Shown here one piece after another: positions 1 through 8,803 of a stretch of DNA of 30,339 bases; the stretch's first letter is position 1, and the number at the start of each line of letters is the position of its first letter. The stretch lies in the IMG/VR virus record IMGVR_UViG_3300045988_111924, positions 1 through 30,339 of that record. The stretch is one strand, 5' to 3'. The position numbers were made by a program, and so were the translations under genes. This DNA comes from a virus. A model generated the notes under the pieces. It made no database searches, had not been told where the DNA came from, and saw only the letters and a list, made by a program, of their open reading frames with translations.

Positions 1-85
1 AAATCTCCACTATTTAACTTTACATCTGCATATGTTTGAGCAGAACCTATAATACTACAAAGAGGTACACCATCTATATTAAGGG
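1..85. repeat. Terminal direct repeat copy 1 (identical to 30255..30339). It is either a circular-assembly overlap or a short terminal redundancy.
   Basis: Read directly. The first 85 bases (aaatctccactatttaac...ctatattaaggg) recur exactly as the last 85 bases of the window. Confidence 0.9.
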
Positions 86-365
86 ATAAATCACTAAGAT
101 CTGCGGTAAAACTAAGTACTGTTGATTTAGTACCAGATCCTCTACCCATCCAATCTCTTTGAATATCACTTATAGTTCCATCATAGTTACTAAATATATA
201 ACTGCAAGGATCAACTACTGTAGTTCCTTGTGGAACAGGATTAGCAACTGTAACTATTTGGGGATTACAAGGATTAATAGGCCAGACTTTGGTACTGCCA
301 ATATAAATAGCAGTACCTTGTCTGTCACCTACATAAAATGTTTTTAAACCATCTCTAATATTCAT
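1..365 (-). CDS. 5' (N-terminal) part of a wrap-around gene for a 373-aa tail protein with a C-terminal BspA/DUF285-like LRR domain. It continues at 30254 and runs down to 29498.
   Basis: ATG at 363-365 lies 1 nt after the fibre gene stop (367-369). The frame stays open to base 1. Via the 85-bp overlap, the phase (30256 mod 3 = 1) matches ORF 29498..30028, with no stop in 30029..30254. Confidence 0.75.
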   Translation of the reverse strand, partial: MNIRDGLKTFYVGDRQGTAIYIGSTKVWPINPCNPQIVTVANPVPQGTTVVDPCSYIFSNYDGTISDIQRDWMGRGSGTKSTVLSFTADLSDLSLNIDGVPLCSIIGSAQTYADVKLNSGD

Positions 366-366
366 A

Positions 367-2502
367 TTATTCTACAATTAAATATTGTGTATTAGGATCT
401 TTAGTTGATAAACCATCATACTCTGATTGAGTTAGAACAGTAATAGTATTTATTTGAGGTTGGGTTCCAGTTCCAGCTTCAATATAGTTTCCAGCAGGCT
501 GAATACCTAAATCTGATAAACTCTTATTGCCAGATAACTCAACAGAATTAATCTGAGGTTTATTTGTTAACTGAGTATAATCGGTAGTCCCTCCACTACC
601 AGATATTTCAAGATTACCTTCTCCTAAAATACTTTCACCATTAATAGTCTTTATATTAGTCCCAGAGACTAATTGCTCCTGATAACTATGATAACTAGTA
701 TCTGCTGATACTCCAGTTGGAGTAATAGTAGTTTGAACTACAGTATGATTAGCTGTAGTACTTTCAAAATGGAAAGTAGCTTGAATATTTTCTCCTGAAA
801 CAAAACATACTTCTGGAGCTGCTATATCACCATAACCTAGAATATTTACATAATAAAGCTCAAATGGTGTTTTATTAGCTATAGCATTCTTAACAGCAGC
901 GAAATCTCCAGAAAGATGAGTAGTGGAATTTATAAATAGAAATGGAATATTAGAGCCACTTTCAATTTCTATATTACCTTCTCCAAGTAAAGACTGACTA
1001 TTGATTGTTTTGATATTAGTTCCACTTACAAGTAAATCTTGTTTAGTAGCCATCTCTTTATCAAGAGCATCAATCTTGTTTCCATCTTCTTCTTGCTTTG
1101 TTTTAATAATTGATATGTCTGAAGTATTAGTTGCTACTTGAGTAGATAGAGATTCTACCACAGAAGAATCAGCTTTACCAGCAAGTTCTGTTTTTGTTGC
1201 ATAATCTCCTACAGGCTGTTTAGTAGCAAGCTGCTCATCAACATAAGTCTTATCTGCTTTACCTGCTAAATCTCCAGAAACCTCTGCTTCACTTACAAAG
1301 TTAGAATCATTAGTAAGCTCACTAATTTTAGTTGGAATATCACTCTTTAAAGCATAATCACCAACTGGTTGGTATCCAGATAAATCTACAGATAATTGGG
1401 ATTTATCTTCATTAAAAGCTAATGGAGCTTGTGGAGTAAATACACCTTGCTTAGTTGCAAGTTTCTCATCTACTTCATCTTTAGTATAACCTTTATTAGT
1501 AAGATCAACCTCAGTAACTTTAACAGTCATATTACCATTATTTACTAAGATTGCATTAATAACTACTAATACACCATTATCTTGGAAATAATAGCCATAT
1601 AAATCAATAGTTTCGGGATGCTCAATAGTTGCAACAGGAATAACTATAATATCACCTTTATATGTAATCTGGCAGAATAAATAGAAGTCCAGATTAGTTC
1701 TAATAAAGTCATAGATATGTTTCTGTCTTACAGGATCATTCTCATCTAAATTAAGTAAGAAATGATTCTCAAAAGCAGAGATTACATTATCTATAATAGA
1801 TATATTCTTTCCTGCTGTAAGCGTTCCTTGTTTTGAAGCTATCTCTTTATTAATAGCTGTATTTAAAGCATCAATTTCAGCTTTAGTATATTTATCTGCT
1901 AATTGTGCATATAGAGGACCATTAACAATACCAGCTTGATTAGTCTCTGTATTATATATTGGAAGTTCAACTGCTTCTCCAGTTTGATTACCAAATACAG
2001 GAGCTAAAGTAACTTTAGATGGGACTGATTGAATATTAATGGCAGGTACTATTGAAGCTGCTCCAGATAATTCAGTTCCATTTAAAGATGGTTTGTTACG
2101 AATAGTATTATAATCTGCAGAAATAGTATTCTCTTCAATTACTATACCGTCACCTTGAACGAGTGTATTTTGCTTTCCAGCAGTGGCTTCAGTAATCTCT
2201 GTAGTTACCTCTTCTTTAGTTGGATAGTCAGCTAGTTTCTCAGTAATCTGATTATCAACATCTTCAATAGAAGGAATTCCTAATTCTTTAGAAGGAATAT
2301 TTCCATTTAATTCAACCCCATTGATTTCAGGCTTAAATTGAAGATCTTGATAGTTACTTGATCCTAACTGAGAACCATCCATAACCTTAACTTCATCATC
2401 CTTGTCAATAACAATAACTTTAGTCACATTTGACTTATCTATTGTTTCGACTTCAAGGACATTAAGATAGGGAAGAATTGTCTTTTCAGTTTCGTTTGCC
2501 AT
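367..2502 (-). CDS. Tail fibre protein (711 aa) with repeated NKPxINGxELxG and IKTINGxSxLGEGNIEI motifs
   Basis: Intact ORF with ATG start and TAA stop. Internal repeats and fibre-like composition. Follows an intrinsic terminator and precedes the LRR tail protein. Contains no Trp codon. Confidence 0.7.
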   Translation of the reverse strand: MANETEKTILPYLNVLEVETIDKSNVTKVIVIDKDDEVKVMDGSQLGSSNYQDLQFKPEINGVELNGNIPSKELGIPSIEDVDNQITEKLADYPTKEEVTTEITEATAGKQNTLVQGDGIVIEENTISADYNTIRNKPSLNGTELSGAASIVPAINIQSVPSKVTLAPVFGNQTGEAVELPIYNTETNQAGIVNGPLYAQLADKYTKAEIDALNTAINKEIASKQGTLTAGKNISIIDNVISAFENHFLLNLDENDPVRQKHIYDFIRTNLDFYLFCQITYKGDIIVIPVATIEHPETIDLYGYYFQDNGVLVVINAILVNNGNMTVKVTEVDLTNKGYTKDEVDEKLATKQGVFTPQAPLAFNEDKSQLSVDLSGYQPVGDYALKSDIPTKISELTNDSNFVSEAEVSGDLAGKADKTYVDEQLATKQPVGDYATKTELAGKADSSVVESLSTQVATNTSDISIIKTKQEEDGNKIDALDKEMATKQDLLVSGTNIKTINSQSLLGEGNIEIESGSNIPFLFINSTTHLSGDFAAVKNAIANKTPFELYYVNILGYGDIAAPEVCFVSGENIQATFHFESTTANHTVVQTTITPTGVSADTSYHSYQEQLVSGTNIKTINGESILGEGNLEISGSGGTTDYTQLTNKPQINSVELSGNKSLSDLGIQPAGNYIEAGTGTQPQINTITVLTQSEYDGLSTKDPNTQYLIVE

Positions 2503-2556
2503 ATTATTTTTCTATAAAATATAAATTATTCATTATGTGGTATATAAACAAAATAA

Positions 2557-2582
2557 GGGGCAAGTAAATTAATACTCGCCCC
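2557..2582 (-). terminator. Rho-independent terminator after the tail-tube candidate gene
   Basis: On the minus strand: GGGGCGAGTA-TTAATT-TACTTGCCCC (10-bp stem with one G-U pair), followed by TTATTTTGTT. Confidence 0.75.
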
Positions 2583-2593
2583 TCTTTCTGTTA

Positions 2594-3118
2594 TTAAGCA
2601 CCTACAACGCTTTGGATAGCTTCTGCAGATAACTCATAAGGATAAGAATCTGAATCTGTTGAAAGTGTCAGAGTATAAGCATTCTGATCACCTTTAGCAG
2701 TACCAGTAACACCCGTACCAGCGGAAGCGCTTACATAATCATCTTTACCTAAGAACCAATACTTACCATTGCTATCTTCAACAACAACTGCAAGCTGACC
2801 AATTGATAAAGCTGCAATCTCTACTCGTTTTGCTGTTTCCATCTTTGTAAATACAAGAGCAAGCTCATTACTTACATAATTAACACCAGCACTTTCATCT
2901 ACATTTAAAGTTGAGGTTAGAGAACCAGTAGCCTTTCTAAATTGGTAGTTATACCATTTAGCTGAAGACTCAAGAGTAATAGCTGAAATCATATTGCTCT
3001 CAGGATCAACCGTTACACTTTTAACATCTGCATACTGGGTAATCCATACCTGTTTGATCCCACCCAATGAAGGTTGGCAATCAAGTGTGATTCCTGCGAT
3101 AGTTATTAAACAAGCCAT
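2594..3118 (-). CDS. Major tail (tube) protein candidate (174 aa)
   Basis: Intact ORF directly downstream of the capsid gene and followed by a strong terminator, which suggests a highly expressed structural gene. Size and beta-rich composition fit siphovirus tube proteins. All 3 Trp are TGG. A head-decoration role is not excluded. Confidence 0.45.
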   Translation of the reverse strand: MACLITIAGITLDCQPSLGGIKQVWITQYADVKSVTVDPESNMISAITLESSAKWYNYQFRKATGSLTSTLNVDESAGVNYVSNELALVFTKMETAKRVEIAALSIGQLAVVVEDSNGKYWFLGKDDYVSASAGTGVTGTAKGDQNAYTLTLSTDSDSYPYELSAEAIQSVVGA

Positions 3119-3158
3119 AATTTCAATATCATTTAGAAGTTAATAAAATCTATTGAAA

Positions 3159-4064
3159 TTAAGCCTTGGCACCTAATACTACTTCGTCAGGGAAAGCAAC
3201 TTGTACACCAGCGTTAAATTCAATAGCTAATCTGAACTCGCGGAAATCCTGTGAATACCACAATTCGAATTTCTCTTCATCGTTCATCATATCTACACCA
3301 TAGAAGAAGTTCTTGTCTAACTGACCAGCAACAATCTTATCAGTTCCATTAAGACCATTAACAGCAATAACCTTAACCTGTGAACCAGGAAGATAAATCT
3401 CACCATCAAGGCTCTCTCCGCTATAGTGGAAATAGTTCTTCTCAACAAGTTCATTTACGAACTTACGGAACATATCGGCACCAACAAGAATCGAAGCACC
3501 ATCAAGAACCTTCTCAGGAATTGCATTATAAACTGCCATAATGTCAGTATAGGCAGATGTTCCAGCAATTGTTACATCTACAGTACCAGCATCATCAGCA
3601 AGAATCTTAAGCAGACCATCAAAATACTTCAAGTTATTAGTTTCTGAAGCCGTATCACCCTGCCAGATAGCTACCTCAATAGCCTCTTTTACGTTCTCTA
3701 CAACAGCATTTACGAAATCCTCTTCAAAAGGAAGAGTCTTCTGACCAGCGGCTACCTTAACTGCATACTGAGTCCAGTATTTCAGCATAGCCTTATCGCA
3801 ATATGCCATATTAATCTTAATATTACCAGTCTTAAGAATTCTCTGAGAAAGAGTCTGAGTTCCAGACTCATCCCAACCACAAGTAAGACCATCACCGAAC
3901 TGAACATCGGTAGATAACAGGTTAAGAGCAGCATCAGTTTTAATATCTGTCTGAAGATTAAATAAACTTGCACTCTTAGCTTTTAAAACCGCTTCCTTAA
4001 TAAGAGGGAGACGTCTTTGCTCCACATAAGCAGGAAGCGTTGTCATAATTGGTGAATTTGCCAT
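3159..4064 (-). CDS. Major capsid protein, probably HK97 fold (301 aa)
   Basis: Intact ORF downstream of the protease and scaffold genes. Size and sequence character are typical of phage major capsid proteins. All 4 Trp are TGG and there is no TGA. Confidence 0.75.
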   Translation of the reverse strand: MANSPIMTTLPAYVEQRRLPLIKEAVLKAKSASLFNLQTDIKTDAALNLLSTDVQFGDGLTCGWDESGTQTLSQRILKTGNIKINMAYCDKAMLKYWTQYAVKVAAGQKTLPFEEDFVNAVVENVKEAIEVAIWQGDTASETNNLKYFDGLLKILADDAGTVDVTIAGTSAYTDIMAVYNAIPEKVLDGASILVGADMFRKFVNELVEKNYFHYSGESLDGEIYLPGSQVKVIAVNGLNGTDKIVAGQLDKNFFYGVDMMNDEEKFELWYSQDFREFRLAIEFNAGVQVAFPDEVVLGAKA

Positions 4065-4065
4065 T

Positions 4066-4635
4066 TTATAAAATTTTAAATAATAATTGTTTGTGAGTTT
4101 TTGATCTTCCAGCTATTACATTATCAATAGCTTTCGGATTAAATCCATCTAGTTTTAATTCGTTTCTCGTTTTATACATTTTAATTAATTTTCCGTCTAA
4201 AGAATAACAACCAATGTTATAGTCTTTATGCCAATTAGAGCCAACTCTTGATTTAGAGATTTGAGCTTTAGATACTTCTGTATGATGTCTGCCATAAAAA
4301 GGATTTTTCTCTCCAGAGTGATTATGACCTTGTCTTTTTCCTCCTTTTAATCCTCCAGGTTCTTGATTCATACATAACGGATCTGTTTTTCATAAATCTC
4401 CAACTCAATAAGCTTCCCTTTCAGCATTTTCTTCTTTAGAAGCATTCAGTTCAATTATTGTTTTACGGTATGTACCAACTGTTCCGTATTTATCGAAAAA
4501 AGATTTACAAAACCGACCACTGCCTCTATAAGCCTTATCATTTTCTGGCTTATAATTAACTGTTCGTTTTCCTATATAATATTTGCCAATATGTTTTGGA
4601 TGTAGGAAGTCGATTTTATAAATATAATGATACAT
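4066..4635 (-). CDS. GIY-YIG homing endonuclease (189 aa) inserted between the scaffold and capsid genes
   Basis: Track ORFs 4405..4635 and 4066..4371 share a frame and are joined by TGA at 4405-4407 and 4390-4392. N-terminus reads YIYKI...YYIGK (GIY-YIG). Read as EREAY-W-VGDL-W-K, the first TGA sits at the Trp position of the E-x-x-x-W-I motif known from I-TevI-type enzymes. A NUMOD3-like GEKNPFYGRHHT follows downstream. Confidence 0.8.
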
Positions 4636-5240
4636 TAACCAATAAAGTTTTTAAGCTTTCTATCTATTTCTGCTATCCCACTTATAGGAGCAGTTGTTTT
4701 ATTTTCAAGTGTTTCCTCTGCTGAAAAAGCAGCACTCATCTTACTCATTTTTTCTACAGTCTTTTCAGTAGCTTCTGATTTTCCTTCAAGTTCTGCTACT
4801 TTCTTAACAAGCTTATCAACAATGTCATAAAGCTCATTAATTTCGCGATGAATAGCGTCGATTGCATCAGTCTCAGTTTCTTTAACACCGTCTGTTTCAA
4901 CAGCAGGATCAGTAACTTCCTCAGCTTTTACTTTCTTAGTTCCACAAGCAGCATCAACCTCAACAGTTCTCATACCCTCTTCAGGATCAACCTCAGCTTT
5001 AGGATCAGTAATGGACTCTACTTTACCGTCTTTAACAACAATCGTTTTGCCATCTTCGGTAATATACTCACCATCAGCAGCAGGTGCATATTCGCCATTT
5101 TCATCAGCTACATAAACATCCATACCTTCTCTCAGATCCTCCTCTGAATCCCAAGTAAGCACAGCCTTGTCAGTTTTAACATCACTGAACTTTGCAAGCA
5201 TCTTAGCTAACTCAAGTTTAATTTTTGTGAATTTACTCAT
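4635..5240 (-). CDS. Scaffolding protein candidate (201 aa, acidic)
   Basis: Intact ORF between the protease and capsid genes. Acidic, with a coiled-coil-like C-terminus. Its stop overlaps the next ATG (TAATG). Confidence 0.5.
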   Translation of the reverse strand: MSKFTKIKLELAKMLAKFSDVKTDKAVLTWDSEEDLREGMDVYVADENGEYAPAADGEYITEDGKTIVVKDGKVESITDPKAEVDPEEGMRTVEVDAACGTKKVKAEEVTDPAVETDGVKETETDAIDAIHREINELYDIVDKLVKKVAELEGKSEATEKTVEKMSKMSAAFSAEETLENKTTAPISGIAEIDRKLKNFIG

Positions 5241-5246
5241 AATTAA

Positions 5247-5840
5247 TTAATGTTTAACTCTTTTTATTTTTCTCAACATTTTTTGAATCTCTTTAAGTTC
5301 CTCATATTCATCAGATTGTCTTTCTAAAGTAAACAATCCCTCAATAGAGAACCCTTTAAACTTGCCAGCTTTAATTGCATCCCATATAACAGGATTATTT
5401 ACTTTATAAGTAGCAAATAATGAACCATCTGGGCAATCAGTAAATTCAACTGGATTAATTCCTCTATCTATATCTTTAATATATAGTTCTTGAAGAATTA
5501 TTCCAGGGATTACTGAATCTTCCAAATGTTCAATATTTACATCAGTAGTTCTCTTATCATACATCATTTTTTCAGCCATTAAACGGAGAGTTTCTTTATC
5601 ATATTGAATATAATATTCTCCGTTTTTACTATCCCGTCTAAATATAGGTATATCACATACCATTAAACAAGAAGTAACTATATGTTTTTCTTCATCCATC
5701 GAGAACTTCTGAGATTCCCCAAAAGCAAGCCAATTAACTTGGGTTGCAGGTTTACTGGTCAATGCTACGAACTCTATTCCATCACAATCATCGGCAATAA
5801 TTGCTTGATATAATGGAAGATCATTATACATTTTTTCCAT
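5247..5840 (-). CDS. Prohead protease candidate, XkdF-like (197 aa)
   Basis: Intact ORF. The N-terminal segment IEFVALTSKPATQVNWLAF resembles the conserved start of XkdF-type phage proteases. Position is upstream of scaffold and capsid genes. Confidence 0.55.
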   Translation of the reverse strand: MEKMYNDLPLYQAIIADDCDGIEFVALTSKPATQVNWLAFGESQKFSMDEEKHIVTSCLMVCDIPIFRRDSKNGEYYIQYDKETLRLMAEKMMYDKRTTDVNIEHLEDSVIPGIILQELYIKDIDRGINPVEFTDCPDGSLFATYKVNNPVIWDAIKAGKFKGFSIEGLFTLERQSDEYEELKEIQKMLRKIKRVKH

Positions 5841-5919
5841 TTTTTATTAATATATAAGCTATTTTAAAAATGTAATATTGTTACAATCTTTTATTTTTAT
5901 ATATTTATATACTATCAAA

Positions 5920-5967
5920 TGTCAAGTTTTTACTCAAATTTGTATCTAAGATAAATAAATTTTGACA
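5920..5967. promoter_or_regulatory. Conserved quasi-palindromic intergenic element, copy A
   Basis: Sequence is tgtcaagtttttactcaaatttgtatctaagataaataaattttgaca. Arms are TGTCAAGTTTTTAC and TAAATTTTGACA. It lies between the tape-measure stop (6035) and the protease start (5840). A left-arm-like half copy (tgtcagaaattttactcac) is at 6015-6033. Confidence 0.7.
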
Positions 5968-5970
5968 TAG

Positions 5971-6014
5971 CACTACTATATAAGCACTGATAATCAGCAA
6001 CTTACATAGTAGTG
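5971..6014 (-). other. Compound stem-loop just downstream of the tape-measure stop
   Basis: Perfect 9-bp inverted repeat, cactactat (5971-5979) and atagtagtg (6006-6014). It encloses an inner ctga-taa-tcag hairpin. There is no clear U-tract. Confidence 0.4.
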
Positions 6015-6034
6015 TGTCAGAAATTTTACTCACT

Positions 6035-8803
6035 TTAGAAACTTGCATTTGATTCTGTAACTGCAACTTTAGTTTGAGCATTAGTAATATCACTCTCAAC
6101 TACATAGCATTTAACAGGTTCATTTAATAAATCAGTCTCTTTATCACCAAGTAAGTTTCGAGTATATTCTACAGGAGCAGTGTTTAAAGCAGCAGGTGCT
6201 GCAACAGATGCAGAAGCAGAAGATGCAGATGCTCCACTAGTTTCATCTACCTCTCAAATCTTTTTAACATTTGCAATACCTGCAACTACTGCGGCTGCAG
6301 CTGCAGCAATACCTAAAGCAGGACCTACAATAGGAATTCCTGCCATAGCAGAGTATGCGCTATTTGCTGCTGAATAAGTGTCAATTAAAGCTTGTGCAGT
6401 AGCAAATCCTTTTCCAACTTTACTCTCTTCTCCCCAAATACTTGCCATACTTCCTGCAATGCTTGAAGCTACAGATAAAGTACCTTGTAAAGCTTGCTGC
6501 CTTGCTTTTTGAAGATTTTGATAAGCCTGAGTATTTGCCTGTTCATTAGCTAATTGAGCATCTGATAAGGCCATATTATTCTCAGTAAGAGTTCTTTGAA
6601 TTTCCTCTTTTTGTTCAGCAGTTAATTGTTCATTCATTAATTGCTGACTTAATAAGGCATTCTCTTGCTCTATTCTACCTTGAGTTAATGAGAGTAAGTT
6701 GTTATTGTATTCAATTTGAGCATTGTATTGATTCTCTAAGTCCTCTCTACTCTGATATGTAAATTTATAACCAGTCCCTTCATAATCTCCAGCTAATCCA
6801 AATGCTTTCGATATACCTTGAGTATAAGTAGTCTGAAAGGTCTGCTCTCTTGGCTCTCTCAAATTACTTGTAGAAGATAAATCTCTAATCCTTTTTAATT
6901 CAGACTGTAGATCATTCCAAGCTTTATCTGCATCTGCTTTACGCTTAGCTTCTTCATCAGCTCTAGCTTTATCTCTAATCTTTTTAAGTTCTTCCTGATG
7001 CCAAGCTTCTACCTCTTCAATTCCCCTATTATACTTAATAGCTAATGCTAATAGTCTAATATATTCATCTTCAAGTTCATCTACTGGGTCTTTATCCTCT
7101 AATCTCTTTTGAAGCCATTCATCAAATTCATTTATTACCTTCTTAGCTTCAGTAGTGTTCTTTGTAATAGTTGGAATATTAAAGAACCCACCATACTTTT
7201 TATTAGTATCTGCTACATCCTCAAATAGCTTTTTAAGCCTTTTCTCAATGTCTTTATTTAAATCATCCAACTGTTTATAAGTATTCTCTTTATTTTGCTT
7301 TGTATACTCATAAATTGTATTTGAATAATCTTTTCAGAACATTGCTGTAGCTTTAAAAGCCTGCCAAGCAGATACCTCTCCAAAACTTGTATCAGAAATT
7401 TGATTCTCCAGTTCAGTACGTTTGTTTAAATACTCCTCATAAAGCTTAATTGCAGCCTGTTCAATAGCCTGAGCTTTTGCTCTTGCAGTTAATGCTTCTA
7501 CATAATTACCAGTATTATTTACAAACGCATCTTCTGCAGTCTTTACATCAGTGATATTTAAACCAGTCTCTTTAATCTTATCTGAATATTGCTCTATAAA
7601 CTTACGCTTAGCATCTGCAGAATCTCCAACCCTTTCGTAAGCTATTTGGAGCTCTCTAAAGATAGCTATAGATTTAGAAGCAATCTGATTAGTAGTATCT
7701 GTAATAGACTTTCTAAATTCAGCAGCCTCCTTTTCAGCTGATTTTATTGAGGATATATACTCTATTATCTTATTAATAGCTACTCCAATAGCTGTAGCTA
7801 ATGCAATTCATACAGTTACATTACCAATAGTTTTAAGTGCAGTTTTAACTTTACCTACTCCAGAAGCAGCTTGTTCTGAAGCTTCAGCCATTGCTTTCTG
7901 AGCCTCTGCTCCTTTTCGCAAAGTTGGAATGCCTTTTTCTACATTTTCCTTTAATTCAGCAAGATCTACACCTAAACGTTTAGCAGCTTTCTGCATTCTC
8001 TCTGCTAGAGTTCCAGTCTCTTTTGCTGTTTCCTTTAAAAATTCAGCAACTGTAGTAAATGTAGGTTTTACTTCTTTAAAAGACTTTTTTGCAGTTTCTC
8101 CTAATTTACCTATAATTGGAATCGTATTAGATACACTCTTATTAGAAGCAGATATTTCAGCAGGAGTTCCAAGCATACCCTGAACCATTCCACCTCTGAG
8201 ATTAATATTGGTGCCTTCTAAATCCTTGACTACTTTAGAGATATTACCTAATTCAGTTCCAACATTACCAACAGATGTGCCAATGCCATTAAGCTTAGAT
8301 GTATCAATCTGATTAAGGTTTTTGGCAGCATTATTCAATCCTGTATTAAATGGGGAAATAAAATCAGTTAATTTCTTAAACCAATTACCTAAAGTGGGTA
8401 ATTCTTCTAATAAATCTTTTATACCTCCCACACCTTGAACTAAAGCAATAGTAGATTGTAACTTAACCATTACTTTATTTAAATCTTCTGATTCTTTCCC
8501 AAATAAAGTAATAGCAGCAGTTGCAGCACCATATCCACTAGCTAAGCCAGTGGATATTTTAGCTACACTTTCAAATCTTTGAGCAGTAGTTCTCGAAGAT
8601 CTTGCTATCTGCTCATTAATTTTATTGAACTCTGATTGTCTTTTACCTAGTAATGCAAGAGTTTCATTATATTCCTTAGTACCAATCTCTAAATCATTCA
8701 GAGAACTAGATAATGCGTCAATATCTTTCTTTAAAGAGTTTATTGACTTATTACTTGACTTAGTATCAATACTAATTACTTTTTTAATTTCTGTTTGTGC
8801 CAT
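6035..8803 (-). CDS. Tape-measure-like protein (922 aa)
   Basis: Track ORFs 7808..8803 and 6254..7270 and the unlisted stretches 7271..7807 and 6035..6253 form one frame. The only interruptions are TGA at 7808, 7334 and 6254. I checked every codon in 7337..7807 and found no TAA or TAG. Long coiled-coil sequence with Ala/Gly-rich hydrophobic segments, typical of tape-measure proteins. TAA stop at 6035. Confidence 0.7.

Noticed and set aside
1-85. The 85-bp terminal repeat interpreted as an attachment site, LTR or physical direct terminal repeat
   Set aside because: The repeat lies inside an open reading frame that continues in phase across the junction. This is what is expected when a circular or permuted assembly is cut arbitrarily, but read-terminus analysis is needed to be sure.
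159-347. Plus-strand track ORF (62 aa)
   Set aside because: It lies antisense to the 5' part of the wrap-around LRR tail protein gene and has low-complexity, Ile/Asn/Ser-rich composition. It is an AT-rich antisense artefact.
3426-5147. Track ORFs 3426..3647(+), 3782..3973(-) and 4848..5147(+)
   Set aside because: They lie antisense to, or out of frame within, the major capsid and scaffold genes. Their composition is that of shadow ORFs, with no independent start or regulatory context.
5920-5925. Perfect sigma70 -35 hexamer TTGACA on the minus strand inside the left arm of element copies A, B and E
   Set aside because: Only copy A has a plausible -10 (TATATA, 16 nt downstream). In copies B and E the hairpin stem occupies the -10 position. 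A simple TTGACA-N17-TATAAT promoter therefore does not explain the conservation of the element.
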